Of a DNA stretch of 32,000 bases, positions 28,867-32,000 are shown piece by piece. The notes under the pieces are model-generated. The model was not told the origin of the DNA and made no database searches. It worked only from the letters and a program-made list of their open reading frames with translations. The first letter of the stretch is position 1. Each line of letters begins with the position of its first letter. Source of the stretch: Pseudomonas aeruginosa (GTDB lineage: Bacteria; Pseudomonadota; Gammaproteobacteria; Pseudomonadales; Pseudomonadaceae). Location of the stretch: positions 3,840,001 to 3,872,000 of the forward strand of contig NZ_LN831024.1 in the NCBI RefSeq assembly GCF_001457615.1, given 5' to 3'. A program made the translations under genes and the position numbers.

Positions 28867-30569
28867 GCAGCGAACCGCTCGAGCCGAATCATGATGTGAT
28901 CATCCCTCGCTCTCGCGACAGGCTGGGACGGCCTGTCTACAAGGCGCAGTTGACCCGTACCGACAACCAGAGCGAAAAGGTGGCGCTGGTTCGGCAGACC
29001 GCTCCCCTGCCGGTGATCTTCATTCCGGGGATCATGGGAACCAACCTGCGCAACAAGGCAGATAAAAGCGAGGTCTGGAGGCCGCCGAATGGTCTGTGGC
29101 CTCTGGGAGACTTCGCTGCCTCGTTTGGTGCGTTGTGGACTTGGGCCTGGAGGGGCCCAAAGGTCCGTCAAAAACTTCTGAGATCCGAGAGAGTGGAAGT
29201 CGATGACCAAGGCACGATCGATGTCGGCCAGTCTGGCCTGGATGAAGAGGCTGCCCGCCTGCGCGGCTGGGGCAAGGTCATGCGCAGTGCGTACAACCCC
29301 GTCATGGGATTAATGGAGAGGCGACTGGATAACATCGTCAGCCGTAGGGAACTCCAGGCATGGTGGAATGACGAAGCCCTCTCTTCTCCTGGAGATCAGG
29401 GTGAGGAGCAGGGAAAGGTGGGGCCGATCGATGAAGAGGAATTGCTCAAGGCCAGCCGATACCAGTTCGACGTCTGGTGCGCCGGTTATAACTGGCTACA
29501 GTCCAACCGGCAGTCGGCGCTGGATGTACGCGACTACATCGAGAACACGGTGTGGCCCTTCTACCAGAAGGAGTATGATCTCGATCCCGAGCAAATGAGT
29601 CGTATGAAAGTCATTCTGGTCACCCACTCGATGGGAGGGCTGGTGGCGCGTGCCTTGACGCAGTTGCACGGCTATGAGCGCGTATTGGGGGTGGTGCATG
29701 GCGTGCAACCTGCGACGGGTTCCTCGACCATCTACCATCATATGCGTTGTGGCTATGAAGGTATCGCACAGGTCGTGCTGGGACGAAATGCCGGTGAAGT
29801 GACAGCCGTTGTCGCCAACTCGGCCGGCGCGCTGGAGTTGGCCCCTAGCGCCGAATACCGGGAAGGACGTCCCTGGCTGTTTCTGTGCGACGCGCAAGGC
29901 CAGGTACTCAAGGATATTGATGGAAAGCCTCGGGCTTATCCGCAGAACCAGGATCCTTATGAAGAGATATACAAGAGCTCTACGTGGTATGGATTGGTGC
30001 CTGAACAAAATGCACAATATCTAGACTTATCAAACACTGAAAATAAAAAGAAAAATCCCAGGGTAATTTTTGAGAAGAAAATTGATGCTATTGCTGACTT
30101 TCATAATGAATTGGCTACGGCGGGCTACCACGTCGAAACCTATGTTCATTACGGTGCTGACGATAGCCGCCATAGTTGGCGTGATTTGATCTGGAAAGGT
30201 GACCCGACCCCTCTGGAAACCCCTGGCGCCACACTCAACGACGATGAGAACGGCACTTACAACAGTTGGTTCCGCCGGGGCTTGCCCACCATAGTGCAGG
30301 GTCCGCTGGAGGCGGGAAATCCACTGGACGCTTCCGGCAGCGGAGGTGACGAAACGGTACCGACCGACTCCGGCCAGGCGCCTGCCCTGGCAGGTGTCAA
30401 GGCCAGCTTTCGGCATGGCAGCAAGGGCAAGGGACAGGCCAATACCAAACGGGGCTATGAGCACCAGGAGAGTTACAACGATGCTCGTGCCCAATGGGCA
30501 GCGCTATATGGTGTGATCAAAATCACCCAGTTGGCGGATTGGCATCCTAATGACAAAGGAGGGACATGA
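28863..30569 (+). CDS. tle4: Tle4-type T6SS phospholipase effector (alpha/beta hydrolase, PGAP1-like)
   Basis: 568 aa: PVIFIPGIMGTNLRNK and GXSXG nucleophile elbow VTHSMGGLVAR (Ser codon 29628-29630, residue 256). The start overlaps the vgrG stop, and immunity and PAAR genes follow. Confidence 0.92.
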   Translation: MSSEPLEPNHDVIIPRSRDRLGRPVYKAQLTRTDNQSEKVALVRQTAPLPVIFIPGIMGTNLRNKADKSEVWRPPNGLWPLGDFAASFGALWTWAWRGPKVRQKLLRSERVEVDDQGTIDVGQSGLDEEAARLRGWGKVMRSAYNPVMGLMERRLDNIVSRRELQAWWNDEALSSPGDQGEEQGKVGPIDEEELLKASRYQFDVWCAGYNWLQSNRQSALDVRDYIENTVWPFYQKEYDLDPEQMSRMKVILVTHSMGGLVARALTQLHGYERVLGVVHGVQPATGSSTIYHHMRCGYEGIAQVVLGRNAGEVTAVVANSAGALELAPSAEYREGRPWLFLCDAQGQVLKDIDGKPRAYPQNQDPYEEIYKSSTWYGLVPEQNAQYLDLSNTENKKKNPRVIFEKKIDAIADFHNELATAGYHVETYVHYGADDSRHSWRDLIWKGDPTPLETPGATLNDDENGTYNSWFRRGLPTIVQGPLEAGNPLDASGSGGDETVPTDSGQAPALAGVKASFRHGSKGKGQANTKRGYEHQESYNDARAQWAALYGVIKITQLADWHPNDKGGT

Positions 30570-31711
30570 TGCATCCCCGTCGGTTGTTTGCTGTACTTGG
30601 GTTGGTGGTCTTGACCAGCATGACCAGTTGTACTTCGTTTTCTTCTTCTCGGAGCCCTTCCATGGACAAGACCGGATGGATCACTCATTGCTTTGGTCGC
30701 TTTCTGATTGATCTGCCGCCTGACGCGGTAATTAACGCCGGATACTATCTATGGGGCGACAACATCCAACGGCTAGATGGCACACCTGCTGAGCTAGCAG
30801 CCAGGATTGCCCATCGCGAGCAAGAGTTACGGAATGGCATTCATAAAAAAACAAAGGAGAGCATGTTTGTTCGGAGGGCGGAAGACAAGGCTGGAGCCAT
30901 TAGCCTGTGGTCTTGGGATTCGAATGCTAGTTTGCTTTCTTATAGGGTTGACTCATATTTTGTGGCTCATCCCAAGGGAGAGGTTTTTCTATACTCAGGA
31001 GAAGTTACTCACGATAAAGAGAAGGAAGGGGAGGAAGCTATCAATGATATATCCCGAAGCCTTCGCTCTCGCGAGCCCAAAGAAGCTCCAACTGAGCCGG
31101 GCTTTTGCATTGATCATGCCTATATTGCAGGGGAGAGTTTTCAAGATGAAGAGTTTGGCGTAGGTGTTACCTTTCCCAATCACCCTGGTGCGCGCTTTGA
31201 ATTCCGCTCCTCCACGGGATCTGAGCTAAACAGCCTTCTTGAGCGAGTCGACGGCTTCGTGCAGAACATGCTCGCTACGGTTGCTGGAGTCGAGAGATTG
31301 AGAAAGGGGAAGCATCCTGTCGGGAGCCTTCCCGGAGAGGAGTATCTGGTTGCGGGAAGCGATAAGGGACAGCGCGCCTACACATTCATGTGGGAGGTTC
31401 AAGGCAAGGAGGAATCGCTAACCGAGCCCAATCTTACTGCGGGACTGGCGGTACTGGAACGCAGCAATGAAAACGGTAAACCACCGCCCCCTGCCTTCAA
31501 ATCGGATAAAGAAGCATTGGAACTGTGGGACACCATTGTCGATTCGATTCGCGTGCGCCCGACGTCTTCATCGCCACGTGGCGGAAATGCCGGTCCTTCC
31601 CCTGCTCCGAAACCCGCTACGCCTGGCGGCCAAACGCTCGGTGATGACTATGTCTACGAGGAATTCCTCTCCAGCCTGAAGCCAAAAGACAGCTGGCTGG
31701 ACGACCTATAG
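30566..31711 (+). CDS. tli4: Tli4-type immunity protein, predicted lipoprotein
   Basis: 381 aa: MMHPRRLFAVLGLVVLTSMTSCTSF is a signal peptide with lipobox-like cysteine. The start overlaps the tle4 stop (ATGA). Function is from synteny with the known Tle4-Tli4 pair. Confidence 0.87.
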   Translation: MMHPRRLFAVLGLVVLTSMTSCTSFSSSRSPSMDKTGWITHCFGRFLIDLPPDAVINAGYYLWGDNIQRLDGTPAELAARIAHREQELRNGIHKKTKESMFVRRAEDKAGAISLWSWDSNASLLSYRVDSYFVAHPKGEVFLYSGEVTHDKEKEGEEAINDISRSLRSREPKEAPTEPGFCIDHAYIAGESFQDEEFGVGVTFPNHPGARFEFRSSTGSELNSLLERVDGFVQNMLATVAGVERLRKGKHPVGSLPGEEYLVAGSDKGQRAYTFMWEVQGKEESLTEPNLTAGLAVLERSNENGKPPPPAFKSDKEALELWDTIVDSIRVRPTSSSPRGGNAGPSPAPKPATPGGQTLGDDYVYEEFLSSLKPKDSWLDDL

Positions 31712-31723
31712 GAGCGACCCGCG

Positions 31724-31984
31724 ATGGACATCATTCGCCTTGGCGACACCACCAGCCATGGAGGCACGGTGATTGAGGCGTTCGCCCAGACCGACCTCAA
31801 CGGCAAGCCGATGGCCGGTGTAGGCCACCAAGTGGTTTGCCCCTTGTGCAAGGGAACCTTCCCCATTACCGAAGGTAGCGCCCTGCTGGATGTGAATGGG
31901 GTCCCGGTCGCGCTACATGGGATGAAAACAGCTTGTGGTGCCAGCCTGATTGCCAGTGGCCCGTTGGGCGCTGCCGAAAACTGA
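31724..31984 (+). CDS. PAAR-domain spike-tip protein
   Basis: 86 aa: MDIIRLGDTTSHGGTVIEAFAQTDLNGKPMAGVGHQVVCPLCKGTFPITEGSALLDVNGVPVALHGMKTACGASLIAS, with PAAR-type beta repeats and Cys/His residues. Confidence 0.9.
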   Translation: MDIIRLGDTTSHGGTVIEAFAQTDLNGKPMAGVGHQVVCPLCKGTFPITEGSALLDVNGVPVALHGMKTACGASLIASGPLGAAEN

Positions 31985-32000
31985 AAAAGGGGGACGTTCG

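Overview
The window looks like a core-genome segment of Pseudomonas aeruginosa. The match to the gene order I recall for roughly PA1532-PA1508 is from memory and was not looked up. From left to right it contains:
(1) the dnaX 5' end (-), a periplasmic substrate-binding-like protein (+), the 4.5S SRP RNA gene ffs (-), a small membrane-anchored hypothetical protein (-), ligA (-), zipA (-) and smc (-);
(2) a GntR/FadR-type regulator divergent from an AlkB-type alkane monooxygenase (alkB2);
(3) a purine catabolism supercluster: xdhA-xdhB-xdhC-guaD, a GntR regulator, an AzgA-type purine permease, HIU hydrolase, puuE-type allantoinase, OHCU decarboxylase, allantoicase, ureidoglycolate lyase and a PuuD-like urate-oxidising membrane protein with a C-terminal c-type heme motif;
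(4) an orphan type VI secretion module: hcp, vgrG, a Tle4-like GXSXG lipase effector, a Tli4-like lipoprotein immunity protein and a PAAR protein.
I found no convincing wholly undescribed system. The observations most worth following up are regulatory. A sigma54-like promoter upstream of hcp has a 14-bp inverted repeat plus a third half-site at enhancer distance. Exact TTGTATACAA palindromes recur at purine-gene promoters. There are nested inverted repeats at the xdh promoter, and an operator-like palindrome between the GntR gene and alkB2. Many very long ORFs in the track are antisense shadow ORFs of high-GC genes and are rejected.
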